Positions 1 through 10,606 of a stretch of DNA of 64,000 nucleotides are shown in pieces. Below the pieces are notes generated by a model. The model saw only the letters and a list, made by a program, of their open reading frames with translations. It did not search any database and was not told the DNA's origin. A program made the position numbers and the translations under genes. The DNA lies in contig JBHGNT010000009.1 in NCBI GenBank assembly GCA_043228905.1, positions 3,472,001-3,536,000 of the forward strand, given 5' to 3'. This stretch comes from Azolla caroliniana (Eukaryota; Plantae; Polypodiophyta). Position 1 is the stretch's first letter, and each line of letters begins with the position of its first letter.

Positions 1-281
1 CGACTTTTCCCGGTTCTGGGGACTACGGTTCCTTTGTCTTTCGCGTTCTGATTCGGTAAGGAGCGCTTTGGAGTCGGAGCTCGTATCCTTATCTTTCCAA
101 CATGCCTCCTCATCTAGCAAGCTCGACTTCACTCTTGCTAGGGATAACCGTTTCCCTTCCGGCCCGATTTGCCCAAGGTGACAACCAACGTCTCCCAGTT
201 ATCTGGGAGGGAACCGAGCAGGAGTTGTGCTAGTACCTCATCGGCAAGAGGTACTTCCAATGATGTTGCCTGGTGGATCAG

Positions 282-1048
282 TGTTGGGAGATAGGTCCCT
301 TCGGATGGGAAGGAAGAAGAACAGTGCCGGCCGAGGCCGATAGGCCGAGGCCAAAACGGTATGAGGAGTACCTGGCTACGAAGAGCCGGATGATACAGAC
401 CCGGTGTGAACCGGATGAGGAGTACCCGGCTACGGAGAGCCGGATGGTGCAGGCCCGGTATGAACCGGATGAGGAGTACCCGGCTACGGAGAGCCGGATG
501 GTGCAGGCCCGGTGTGAACCGGATGAGGAGTACCCGGCTACGGAGAGCCGGATGGTGCAGACCCGGTATGAACCGGAGGAAGAGACATATTCGTAAATAT
601 GTTTCTGAGAGCTCATTGTGGCTATATTTGTAAATAACCGAAAAGTCATATTAGTATAAATATGACTTAGGGCAAACTAATATGTGTGGTTGTTATTTTT
701 TCTTGTTGGTGCAAGAAGAAGAGAGAGCACGTAACAGTGTATAGAGAGAGAGTGAGAGAAAGAGGTCGTTGCCTCTGCTGTAACCGCCGCCTGTGGCGAA
801 GAACGTGAGTCCGAGGTTGTTGCCTCTGAGAACTCACTGTTTTGTACATTCATACATAGTGATAGTTTGCAGCCTGTGGGCTGCCGTGGTTTTTCCCCCT
901 AGTTTGGGGTTTTCCACGTAAATCTCATGTGTAGTGTGTGTGTATCTTCCTCTCCTTTGTATCGTGTTTTATTTCCCGTTTTTCTGTGTAAGTAAAGAAT
1001 CTCGGTTGTGGCCGAGCGTCGGACATAAGGAACGTTGGGTTCTCGTCA
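282..1048 (+). mobile_element. Solo LTR, Copia family A
   Basis: TG...CA termini; perfect 5-bp TSD ATCAG (277-281, 1049-1053); TATAAAT box and GA tract shared with the LTRs at 38472 and 56283. Confidence 0.93.
354..578 (+). repeat. 54-bp tandem array (about 4 copies) in LTR U3
   Basis: Unit GAACCGGATGAGGAGTACCCGGCTACGGAGAGCCGGATGGTGCAGGCCCGGTRT; period 54 (AGTACC at 421 and 475). Confidence 0.9.
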
Positions 1049-2142
1049 ATCAGCCCCTGGAAGGCATTCATGTGCTCTGCCATGCTGGAGCCATCTTGGT
1101 ACCAGAGCCTTACTAGCTTCCGAAATACCGAAACTTGATTAACAACATTTTTGTTCTGAAACATAATGCCGATCTTCTCCCAGAGCTCATGAGCCAAGGC
1201 TCTCTTCATTGAAGTTGTTGTATAGACTCATGTCGATGAAGCACCGTATGTACACCGTTGTCTTCATGTGCATCACCTCCCAAATCGTGGCGTCGATTTT
1301 TTCCGGTCTCTTGTCCCCGAACTGAACTGGCAACCAAAGATCGTTGACCACGAGCATGTCCCTCATCTTTGACTTCCACACTGAGTAGTTGGAGCTGGTG
1401 AGCTTGAACATGCCTCCCAACGAATTGTCCATTTTTTTCTTTGTCGTTTCGCTCCGATACCAATTTGACGAGAAATGTGCAGAATAATCTTCGGCCACAA
1501 CCGAAGCTTAGATCACTTGATGACAATCAAACACAGAAGAAATGGGAATGGAGGTAATTACACAAACAGAAAAAAAAGAGAATGCACAAGATGTTAATGT
1601 GGAAAACCCTGAGAGGGAAAAACCATGGGAGCCCACAGACTCCAAACTATTGCTATGTCAAAAATACAACAGAGAGCACAGAGGCAACGACCTCTTTCCC
1701 TCAATCTTCGCCTGCGACGGTTACAACAGAGACACAATCTCTGTATATCGCTCTCTCTCTCTCTCTCTCTCTTACGCACTGTACAAGAGTTACACCAATA
1801 ACTCTATCTTCTTCTGAGTTTGCCCTAGGTCATATTTATACTAATATGACTTTCGGGCTATTTACAAATATAGCCCTAGTGGGCTCTCTGGAACATATTT
1901 ACATATATGTCCCTTCCATCCAATGAGAGGTTCTCACCGGGTCTGCAACATCCGGTTCTCACCGGGTCTTCCTTGCCGGGTACTCGTCATCCGGTTCTCA
2001 CCGGGTCTACATCATCCGGTTTTGGGTACTCCACATTTGGTTCTCACTGGGTCTTCCTTGTCGGGTACTCCACATCCGGTTCTCACCGGGTCTTCTGTTG
2101 CCGGGCCTTCGTATCCCATCCGGAGGGACCAATATCCTAACA

Positions 2143-3078
2143 CCCACATCTACACATGTCTTGGTCTTGGCCTTCAATCAGTCGGCTTTGTCCTTTCTTA
2201 GTCTACCGTCTTTCTTGCCCTTCTCGGCTTCACTTCCCCTTGGTTCCGTTGGCTCAAGCTTTGGCTCTCTCTTCCGACTGCTCCCCGTGCATCTACCTAG
2301 TCTCTGCTTAGCCAATCTTCTTCCATATGTCCATGTGTCGGCTTCTCCTGCCGATCAGAATGTTCCGACTTCTTCAGTCATGACGAAATCGAATTCTTCA
2401 TCCGATTCGGTTTATTGGACTTCGTATCTCTCCTTATCAACTTCACTCCTCCCCCTCAAGTTCGACATATCGAGATTTTAAAGGCCAAGCATGCTCAAGA
2501 ATTGCCGCAACTTGTCTAGGCCAAGAGGTTTGGTGAAGATATCAGCAACTTGTCGATTTGTCGGAGCATACACTAGTTCGACTTCACCGGAGAGGACACG
2601 CTCATAGATAAAATGATAGTGCACCTCGATGTGCTTTGTCCGGGCATGGATGGAATACATGGTTTTTTGCTAACTGGATGCTGCTAAGGTTGTTGCATAA
2701 TATGACCGTTTGGCTCGGACAACTCTACATGCAGATCCTTTAGTAGCCTTTTGAGCTAAATGGCTTCCCACATGGTGACAACCGCTCCTAAAAACTCCGC
2801 CTCAGTGCTCGACAATGCCACCGTCGACTGCTTTTTACTGCTCCAGGCGATCGTGGTGCTTCCCAATGAAAACGCAAACCCATATGTTGACCTGCGATCG
2901 CTAGCATTTCGGGCCCAATCGGCGTCCGTGTAGCTGAATAACTCATCAGCTACTACTGCTCGATACAACAACGCCCTGTCCTTAGTGCCGCTGACATATC
3001 GCAATATCTTTTGTGTGCACTAAAGGTGTTCGGCCATTGGTTGCGACATGAATTGACTAATCAGGCTAACCGGGTAAC
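2143..3078 (-). pseudogene. pol: Copia B1: end of RT, RNase H and 3' UTR (degenerate)
   Basis: YTDADW, WSSKKQSTVALSSTEAE, HARTKHIEVHYHF and VADIFTK motifs with stops; PPT-like tract at 2446-2460. Confidence 0.88.
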
Positions 3079-3368
3079 TGTCATAACTAGACTCGAACCC
3101 ATAACCTTTTGTTACACGGGTCGAGACTTTACCATTAGGTTATGAATTGTAATTTGAAGGATATTATTTTCATTTAGGTTTTATTGGGAAATTGATGTAT
3201 ATTCCAGATTTCTCTGGAACATTCTAGAAACTTCAGGAGTATTCCTGAAGACACTATAAAAGGAGGCGCAAGGCATTAGTTCGAACCAAATCGGTTCAAC
3301 GCCAGTCTTAAGCCTTCTAACTACTGTTGTATATCTTCCTTCATATAATACATATATCTTTCGCATCA

Positions 3369-3429
<61 letters not shown>

Positions 3430-3556
3430 CCTTCTCTCAAAAGTTCGACACCTCTCATAGTACTAATCCTTCTCTGTCTTAGTACTATTCCCCAACAATA
3501 GTACTAATCCTTCTTTTAGTACTAATTCCTTCTCTGCCTTAATAGAGTTCCTGACA
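3079..3556 (+). repeat. 5' LTR of the chromovirus
   Basis: Direct repeat of 8405-8880; TATAAAA at 3255; internal (CT)n tract. Confidence 0.97.
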
Positions 3557-3558
3557 GT

Positions 3559-3570
3559 TTGAACCGATTT
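3559..3570 (+). promoter_or_regulatory. Predicted self-priming PBS
   Basis: TTGAACCGATTT is the exact reverse complement of LTR positions 3288-3299; there is no TGG tRNA-type PBS. Confidence 0.75.
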
Positions 3571-3658
3571 CTTGGGTGCCTGTCTGGTCTTTTCTCTCCC
3601 TCTTCCTTCTGTCTCCCTCCTTTCCTGCTAGTCTCTTATTTCCCTTTTCCTTCATCCC

Positions 3659-4828
3659 ATGGCCACCGTTAGCGCTGAAGAGTATCAATCCGTTTTCTCG
3701 GAATTTCAATGCTTGAAAGAGAAGTTTCATGCTTTGGAACAAGAAAATCAACGCTTGTTGGGGGATCTTCAGCAAATTTCCTTAGAAAAGCAGCAAACGC
3801 AACAACAGCATGGGGAACTTGCGTTACGCGTGCAACAACTCGAAGCAACCATCGTAGCAATGCAACAACAAGGGCACGGAGCACAAGGGATTCATAAAGA
3901 ACCCAAGATTGGCCTTCCCACGAAGTTCGATGGAACGCGATCGCAGTTTAGAGGGTTTCTTAACCAGGTACGGTTAGTTATTCAAATGCATCCGTCCCGA
4001 TATCCCACCGATGCATCACGAGTGGGTTTAGTAGGCACGTTGTTAAATGGCTCAGCATTAGCATGGTTCGCTCCGCTACTAGAAAAGGAATCTCCAGTAC
4101 TAAATAATTTTGAAGAATTCATAAGTGAGTTTAAAGCATGTTTTGGAGATACTGACAGCATAAGGACTGCAATCAACAAAATCCGGCGATTACGCCAAGG
4201 TGACCGTCCAGCCTCCGCATATGCTGCAGATTTCCGCCTACTCGCCGCCGATATCCCCTGGGATGATCAAGCATTGATGGAGCAGTTCCGCTATGGTCTA
4301 CGCAACGATGTCAAGGATTTACTCTTGACTTTCCCTGAAGAGCCAAAATCATTAACAGAAGCAATCAGTCGAGCGGTAAGATGTGACAACCGCCTCTTCG
4401 AGCGACGTTCGGAACGACAATTTCAGATGCCGAGGGCAAGATCCGAGCCTACCTATGCCTCAGTGGTAGCAAAACCTTTTCAAAGGGAGTCACATAATGC
4501 GCCTCCAGTAAGTACTCCAACTCCAATGGAAATTGACACTACACGTCGTCGTGGGCCGCTATCGGAGGAGGAAAAGCAACGACGCCGAACAAACCGATTA
4601 TGCCTTTATTGCGGTGGACCAGGGCATATCGCGATAAACTGTCCCCATAGACCAAGAAGGCAGGTAAACCAAGTCGTTGTTAGTTCTGACTATACTAAAC
4701 CCGAGTCTATTTCAGTAGGAATCTCTGATAGTCCTCATAGTCATAATAGTCCTAATAGTACTAATAGTCCGAATCTCGCAAACAAATTTGATGTCCTTAG
4801 CCAATTAGAAGAAGAGTTAAACGACTAA
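3659..4828 (+). CDS. gag: Gag: coiled coil, capsid domain and zinc knuckle
   Basis: 389-aa ORF with PTKFDG, LRQG..ASAYAADF and CLYCGGPGHIAINC. Confidence 0.95.
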   Translation: MATVSAEEYQSVFSEFQCLKEKFHALEQENQRLLGDLQQISLEKQQTQQQHGELALRVQQLEATIVAMQQQGHGAQGIHKEPKIGLPTKFDGTRSQFRGFLNQVRLVIQMHPSRYPTDASRVGLVGTLLNGSALAWFAPLLEKESPVLNNFEEFISEFKACFGDTDSIRTAINKIRRLRQGDRPASAYAADFRLLAADIPWDDQALMEQFRYGLRNDVKDLLLTFPEEPKSLTEAISRAVRCDNRLFERRSERQFQMPRARSEPTYASVVAKPFQRESHNAPPVSTPTPMEIDTTRRRGPLSEEEKQRRRTNRLCLYCGGPGHIAINCPHRPRRQVNQVVVSSDYTKPESISVGISDSPHSHNSPNSTNSPNLANKFDVLSQLEEELND

Positions 4829-4854
4829 GTCCAGCCAAAATAGGAGCCGTTTGG

Positions 4855-7800
4855 TTGGACAGCCCTAGATCTGTGCAGCCCATTAGTGGTTCCATTCCCT
4901 CTAAGCAAGTTAGTGATGTGTTCGTAGCCCAAGTAGCAGTTAGTACTAAAAGTACCCCTCCAGTACATACCTTAGCCCTTCTAGATTCCGGAGCTAATTC
5001 TTGCTTCATGGATAGGAATTTTGCCCGAGCTCATCAGATATCTCTCAGAAAGCTCCCATGTCCAGCCTCAGTAGTAGTCATTGATGGTCGTCCCATTGCT
5101 TCTGGTAATATCATAGAAGAGTCGGAACCCGTTAATATTGTCCTAGATAACTTAACATGTGTAGTATCATTTAATATTATTAGTATTCCAGAACATCCCA
5201 TAGTTTTAGGATTACCATGGTTCGAGTTACATAACCCAGACATAGATTGGAGGACAAGGGAAATCCGGTTGCGACAAACCCAAGGATCTACCCAGAAGGT
5301 TGCAACCATTTCGCTACATCAGTTGCGTGAGGAAGGGCGCAAGGAGGAAATGTTTCTCTTCGCAATATCAGTACAACCCTCCAGCACCACCAAAGAGGAG
5401 TCCACCGTTCAACTTCCCGAGAAGTATCGTCAGTATGCTGATGTGTTCGATAAAGTACAAGCCAACACACTTCCTCATCATCGGCCGTACGATTGCGCCA
5501 TCGACTTACAACCGGGAAAAGAGCCGCCATGGGGGCCGATCTACAATTTGTCACCAACCGAGCTAGAAGTCCTCCGAGCCTATATAGAGGAGAATTTGGA
5601 GAACGATTTCATTCGGCATTCGAAATCTCCAGCCGGTGCACCCATTTTCTTCGTCAAGAAAAAAGATGGCTCGCTTCGACTCGTTGTAGATTACCGTGGC
5701 TTGAATAAGGTCACAGTAAGAAATAGGTATGCTCTTCCCCTTATCTCAAGTCTTTTAGAACGGATCAACGGTGCCAGGTTCTTCACGAAGATCGACTTAC
5801 GAGGAGCCTATAACCTCGTACGGATCCGACCAGGAGATGAATGGAAGACCGCGTTTCGCACCAGATATGGGCACTTCGAGTATACGGTCATGCCGTTCGG
5901 ACTCACTAATGCGCCGACAGTCTTCCAGCACATGGCGAATGATATATTTCGAGATCTCTTGGATGATTTTTTGATCATCTATTTGGATGATCTACTGGTT
6001 TATTCAAAGACCCAAGAAGAACATGATTCTCATGTACTATTAGTACTAAAACGACTTCGAGAACATGGTCTGTATGCAAAGTTAGAGAAATGTAGTTTCG
6101 GGTGCAACCAAGTGGAATTTCTCGGCTATGTCATCTCCTCAGAAGGCATATCTATGGACCCAGCCAAGGTGAAAACGGTGATAGAATGGCACACTCCGCG
6201 TTCGGTGCGGGATGTGCAATGCTTCCTAGGCTTTGCAAATTTTTACCGGAAGTTCATACAAAATTACTCAAAAATTGTGCTGCCTCTCACACAGCTCACC
6301 AGGAAGGGACAATCATTCATTTGGTCTAAAGAGACGGACATGGCTTTCGAGAGTCTTAAGAAGGCGTTTACATCAGCTCCAATTTTAGGTCATGTGGATC
6401 CGGAAAAACCATTCATTATCGAAGCTGACGCATCGGATTTCGCATTGGGGAGCATTCTGTCACAACAGGGTAACGACGAGAAGCTACATCCTGTGGCTTT
6501 CCACTCCCGTAAGTTTGACGCCGCCGAAATCAACTACGAAATTCATGATAAAGAGCTATTAGCAATAGTTGATTCTTTTATGCAATGGAGGCATTTCCTG
6601 GAGGGATCTCCTCATCAGGTCACTGTATTCAGTGACCACAAGAACCTTGCCTACTTTCAAGATGCTCGTGTACTGAATCGACGTCAAGCTCGGTGGGCCC
6701 ACTTCCTCACACGCTTCGACTTCAAAATTACATATCGTCCGGGGAAGCACCAAGGGAAGGCAGATGCATTATCACGGCGTTCGTATCTAACACCACGTCC
6801 CGGTGAGCCAGCTTTCGATAACCAGAAGCAAGTAATCTTGGGTCCAGCACGACTGCAAGCAGCACAAGTCTTTGACATGCCCGTGGATTCCGACATTACC
6901 AATACTATACGTGAGGACTTGAAGACTGACGCTTTCGCCCAAGCTATACTAGCACAAATTGACCCCTCTCGAGCGTCATGTTCACAATCACAATCACCAG
7001 GTACGGATTATCGGCAATTCAAATACTGTGATGGATTACTCTTCTTTAAAGAACTTTTGTATGTTCCTAATGGTTCTTGCCGCCTTCGAGTAGTACAAAA
7101 TTGCCATGACATATATACAGCAGGACATTTTGGTAGTACTAAAACATTAGATTTAGTACAACGATCATTCTGGTGGCCCCGTATGCGACAATTTGTCGAA
7201 GATTTTGTTCGGACTTGCGATACATGCTGCAGAGCGAAAATGCCAAGACATCATCCATATGGTTTATTAGAACCATTACCAATTCCAAGCAAGCCATGGC
7301 AATCCATTGCTCTTGACTTCATTACAGATCTTCCAGTCTCTAAGGGATTCAGTGCGATTCTCACAGTGGTGGATCGATATACGAAGATGGCTCATTTCTT
7401 ACCATGTACTAAAGAAATATCTAGTGAAGACACCGCCGAAATTGTCATGCGGGAAGTATGTCGGCATCATGGACTCCCTGATAATATCATCAGCGATCGT
7501 GGACCCCAGTTTGTGTCAAAATTCTGGAAGCACCTTTTTAAAATGCTGAAGGTCACTTGTAACCTCTCCTCCGGCTACCACCCACAAACCGACGGTCAAG
7601 CCGAACGAACAAATCAAACACTGGAGCAGTATCTGCGGTGCTTTCTCAACTATCATCAGAATGACTGGGCAGATATTCTTCAGTTCGCCGAATTTGCCTA
7701 TAATAACACTATCCACGCATCGACTAAAGTCACGCCATTCTACGCTTATACGGGATATCATCCCCGGTGGTGTGTCCTTGAAACCCCAGAAGTGTCCACA

Positions 7801-8412
7801 AATCCTTGCGCGGAGGATCGTTTGGAGCGGTTACGCAAGATACAAGCGGATTTATCTACTCAACTCCAGCAAGCTCAACAATCACACAAGGACTACGCAG
7901 ATCGTCATCGACTTCCATCCAGTTTTAACATTGGAGATCGGGTGTGGCTGCTACGACGACACATCAAGACTACTCGCCCATGTGAGAAGTTGGATTATCG
8001 GCGATTAGGTCCTTTCCGTATTATCGGGAAGATTAATGATGTCGCTTTTCGTCTCGAGCTACCTCCGCAACTTCGGATACATCCGGTGTTTCATAGTTCT
8101 CTCCTCGAACCCTATCACGAGAGCACTATCCCAGGACGTACTATACAACCACCACCTCCTATCGAGCTCGAAGATGGACCTGAGTATGAGGTCGCTGCCA
8201 TCCTCGATTCCAAGATTGTTCGCAACAAGCTCTACTATCTAGTCGATTGGCTAGGATATAGTCCCAGCGAGCGTACTTGGGAACCGATCGAGAATGTGAC
8301 CAATGCTCGTGCTCTTCTAGAAGACTTCCATCGACGATATCCCGAGAAACCGGGTCCTCAATCCAAAACGACTCGTGGAACTCGTCGTTTTAAAGGGGGG
8401 ATAGTGTCATAA
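4855..8412 (+). CDS. pol: Pol: protease, RT, RNase H, integrase and chromodomain; -1 frame relative to gag, open from 4801
   Basis: LLDSGA, YLDD, ADASD, GHFG/CDTC, DFITDLP, SDRG, GQAER, GPF, and chromodomain YEVAAILD...YLVDWLGY...TWEP. Confidence 0.97.
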   Translation: MDSPRSVQPISGSIPSKQVSDVFVAQVAVSTKSTPPVHTLALLDSGANSCFMDRNFARAHQISLRKLPCPASVVVIDGRPIASGNIIEESEPVNIVLDNLTCVVSFNIISIPEHPIVLGLPWFELHNPDIDWRTREIRLRQTQGSTQKVATISLHQLREEGRKEEMFLFAISVQPSSTTKEESTVQLPEKYRQYADVFDKVQANTLPHHRPYDCAIDLQPGKEPPWGPIYNLSPTELEVLRAYIEENLENDFIRHSKSPAGAPIFFVKKKDGSLRLVVDYRGLNKVTVRNRYALPLISSLLERINGARFFTKIDLRGAYNLVRIRPGDEWKTAFRTRYGHFEYTVMPFGLTNAPTVFQHMANDIFRDLLDDFLIIYLDDLLVYSKTQEEHDSHVLLVLKRLREHGLYAKLEKCSFGCNQVEFLGYVISSEGISMDPAKVKTVIEWHTPRSVRDVQCFLGFANFYRKFIQNYSKIVLPLTQLTRKGQSFIWSKETDMAFESLKKAFTSAPILGHVDPEKPFIIEADASDFALGSILSQQGNDEKLHPVAFHSRKFDAAEINYEIHDKELLAIVDSFMQWRHFLEGSPHQVTVFSDHKNLAYFQDARVLNRRQARWAHFLTRFDFKITYRPGKHQGKADALSRRSYLTPRPGEPAFDNQKQVILGPARLQAAQVFDMPVDSDITNTIREDLKTDAFAQAILAQIDPSRASCSQSQSPGTDYRQFKYCDGLLFFKELLYVPNGSCRLRVVQNCHDIYTAGHFGSTKTLDLVQRSFWWPRMRQFVEDFVRTCDTCCRAKMPRHHPYGLLEPLPIPSKPWQSIALDFITDLPVSKGFSAILTVVDRYTKMAHFLPCTKEISSEDTAEIVMREVCRHHGLPDNIISDRGPQFVSKFWKHLFKMLKVTCNLSSGYHPQTDGQAERTNQTLEQYLRCFLNYHQNDWADILQFAEFAYNNTIHASTKVTPFYAYTGYHPRWCVLETPEVSTNPCAEDRLERLRKIQADLSTQLQQAQQSHKDYADRHRLPSSFNIGDRVWLLRRHIKTTRPCEKLDYRRLGPFRIIGKINDVAFRLELPPQLRIHPVFHSSLLEPYHESTIPGRTIQPPPPIELEDGPEYEVAAILDSKIVRNKLYYLVDWLGYSPSERTWEPIENVTNARALLEDFHRRYPEKPGPQSKTTRGTRRFKGGIVS

Positions 8413-8694
8413 CTAGACTCGAACCCATAACCTTTTGTTACACGGGTCGAGACTTTACCATTAGGTTATGAATTGTAATTTGAAGGATATTATTTTCATT
8501 TAGGTTTTATTGGGAAATTGATGTATATTCCAGATTTCTCTGGAACATTCTAGAAACTTCAGGAGTATTCCTGAAGACACTATAAAAGGAGGCGCAAGGC
8601 ATTAGTTCGAACCAAATCGGTTCAACGCCAGTCTTAAGCCTTCTAACTACTGTTGTATATCTTCCTTCATATAATACATATATCTTTCGCATCA

Positions 8695-8746
<52 letters not shown>

Positions 8747-8880
8747 ACTCATTCCTTCTCTCAAAAGTTCGACACCTCTCATAGTACTAATCCTTCTCTG
8801 TCTTAGTACTATTCCCCAACAATAGTACTAATCCTTCTTTTAGTACTAATTCCTTCTCTGCCTTAATAGAGTTCCTGACA
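8405..8880 (+). repeat. 3' LTR of the chromovirus
   Basis: Matches the 5' LTR except within the CT microsatellite; the pol stop codon lies inside it (8410-8412). Confidence 0.97.
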
Positions 8881-10606
8881 GTAACTGAGGTCCAACTTAG
8901 TGATCGTCAAGTAAATGAGGCTTTCGACAATCTGTCAGAACCGTGTCGGGTCGCACGACTTTCCGGAACTGTGGCGAAGCTTCACGTTTCGATCCAGAGG
9001 GGCTGAGATGGACTTACACTCTGCCATCCCGAACTTGAAGAGCATATTCAACACGTAATGGTGTTGGCTGATCAATACGCCTTCGGGGGTTCAGATCACT
9101 TCGATCCCGGGGAAGTAATGAAGGTCCCCCAGATCCTTCATCTCGAATGATGCCGCAAGCTGAGACTTTACTCGACTGATTTCTCCGAGGTTGACACCAG
9201 CGATGACTAGATCATCGACATATAGCACAAGGCTTATCGGTCCAGTCCGACTCGGCCAAATGAACAGTGAAGAGTCTGATTTTGATGGAGCAAACCCCAT
9301 CCTATGCAACCCTAGCATGATCTTGGCGTTCCAAGCATGTAGGGCTTGCTTAAGTCCATACAATGACTTCTTCAATCGGCAAACTATCAAGGTGTTTCGT
9401 TTAGATAGAAATCCGGGGGGTTGTACCATGTACACTTGTTCCTCAAGATCACCTTACAGGAATTACATCCATTTGATGTAAGTGCCACCCCTTTGCCGCC
9501 GCTACAACAACTAAGACACAAACTGTCGTCATCTTCGCCACCGACACGAAGGTCTCATCGTAATCAATGTCGTGTTTTTACGTGTAACCCTTTGCCACCA
9601 ATCGGGCCTTATATCGGCTGCCACCTTCACCATGCACGCATAATGATGCGCCATATACTCATTGTACCCATACCGAATTATGGGATTCTTCTGGTGGGTG
9701 GATCGGCAGAATTTCTGGTTTGCTGATCTCGTGGTCCTCTCGGCTGATTTCGACCCCATTTTCAGAGGTCCCTCCTTGTTCTAGCTGTGTCAGATTCACA
9801 TCGATCCAACATTTCAGCCTCGGTGCCATATTCCGATATCTTCATCTTCCCTTTTTCCTTGCTCATAAATGGTCTCCTCGATTTCTGGTGCGGGGACTGC
9901 ACGACCGAGTCTCAACTACTCGTCGGCTCTTCATTCGACTGGTTCATTTGACTGATTTGCTCATTCGGCCCAAATAGCCGAAATGAGATCAGACTCTCCT
10001 CTAGAGTTCCGATTTCCTCTTCATCAAGGATCATCTCGGCCTCACTGGCCTCATCCTCAGAATTCGGAATGGAGTGGTTGGGAGTTGGAGGTGAAGGCAC
10101 GTATCACGAAGCTGGCTCGTCGAAAACGACATCTCAGCTTACTCGGACCTCTTTCATGTGGGGGTTATAACACTTATAACCCTTCTGCTCATTCAAGTAG
10201 CCGACCAAGATACATTTTTCGGCTTTCGCGTCCAATTTCCTCCGCTTTTCCTTCGGCATATGCACGTATGTAACGCTACTGAAAACCCTCAATGGTGCAA
10301 AATTCGGCTTCTTCCCGAAGTACAGCTCATGTGGCGACACTCCTCCACTTGCAGGAGTCCGATTATGCAGGTATACAATCGTCCTAACGGCTTCAACCCA
10401 ATAGAATTTTGGCATATTCTTCTCTTGAGCATTGCCCTTGCCGCTTCTTCTATCTTCCAATTCTTCCGCTCGGCCACGCCGTTCTGCTGCGGTGTGTATC
10501 TGTAGGAGAATTCACGTCGAATTCCTTCCTTTTGCAGATAGCTAGAAAACTGGTTGGAAAAATACTCTTTCCTGCCATTGGACCTTAGGCACTTGATTTT
10601 TCGACT
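8881..10606 (-). pseudogene. pol: Copia B1: integrase and RT remnants
   Basis: KIKCLRS, TPQQNGVAERKN, KCILVGY, CRLKKSLYGLKQA, LYVDD and MKDLG motifs, broken by stops and frameshifts. Confidence 0.9.

Larger units (their letters stand above)
1..1432 (-). pseudogene. gag: Copia gag remnant, frameshifted and split by the solo LTR at 282-1048
   Basis: MDNSLGGMFKLTSSNYSVWKSKMRDML... then MAEHMNAFQGLI, continuing left of 282 as ...LLLGSLPDNWETLVVTL; homologous to the Gag of the 39217 ORF. Confidence 0.85.
1..2142 (-). mobile_element. Ty1/Copia element (family A-related), 5' part: LTR, PBS and gag; continues beyond the left edge
   Basis: LTR 1466-2142 (minus strand TGTTAGG...TTCTCGTCA); tRNA-Met-type PBS TGGTATCGGAGC at 1451-1462; gag remnant downstream. 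Confidence 0.9.
3079..8880 (+). mobile_element. Full-length intact Ty3/Gypsy chromovirus (Tcn1/Tf1-like)
   Basis: Near-identical LTRs 3079-3556 and 8405-8880 (TGTCA...TGACA); TSD GTAAC (3074-3078, 8881-8885); PPT at 8392-8404; open gag and pol. Confidence 0.97.

Noticed and set aside
354-578. CRISPR-like or repeat-protein appearance (also at 38545-38710 and 56370-56510)
   Set aside because: Head-to-tail repeats without unique spacers inside Copia LTRs; no cas genes; eukaryotic context. The ORF at 273-596 is a by-product of the 54-bp period.
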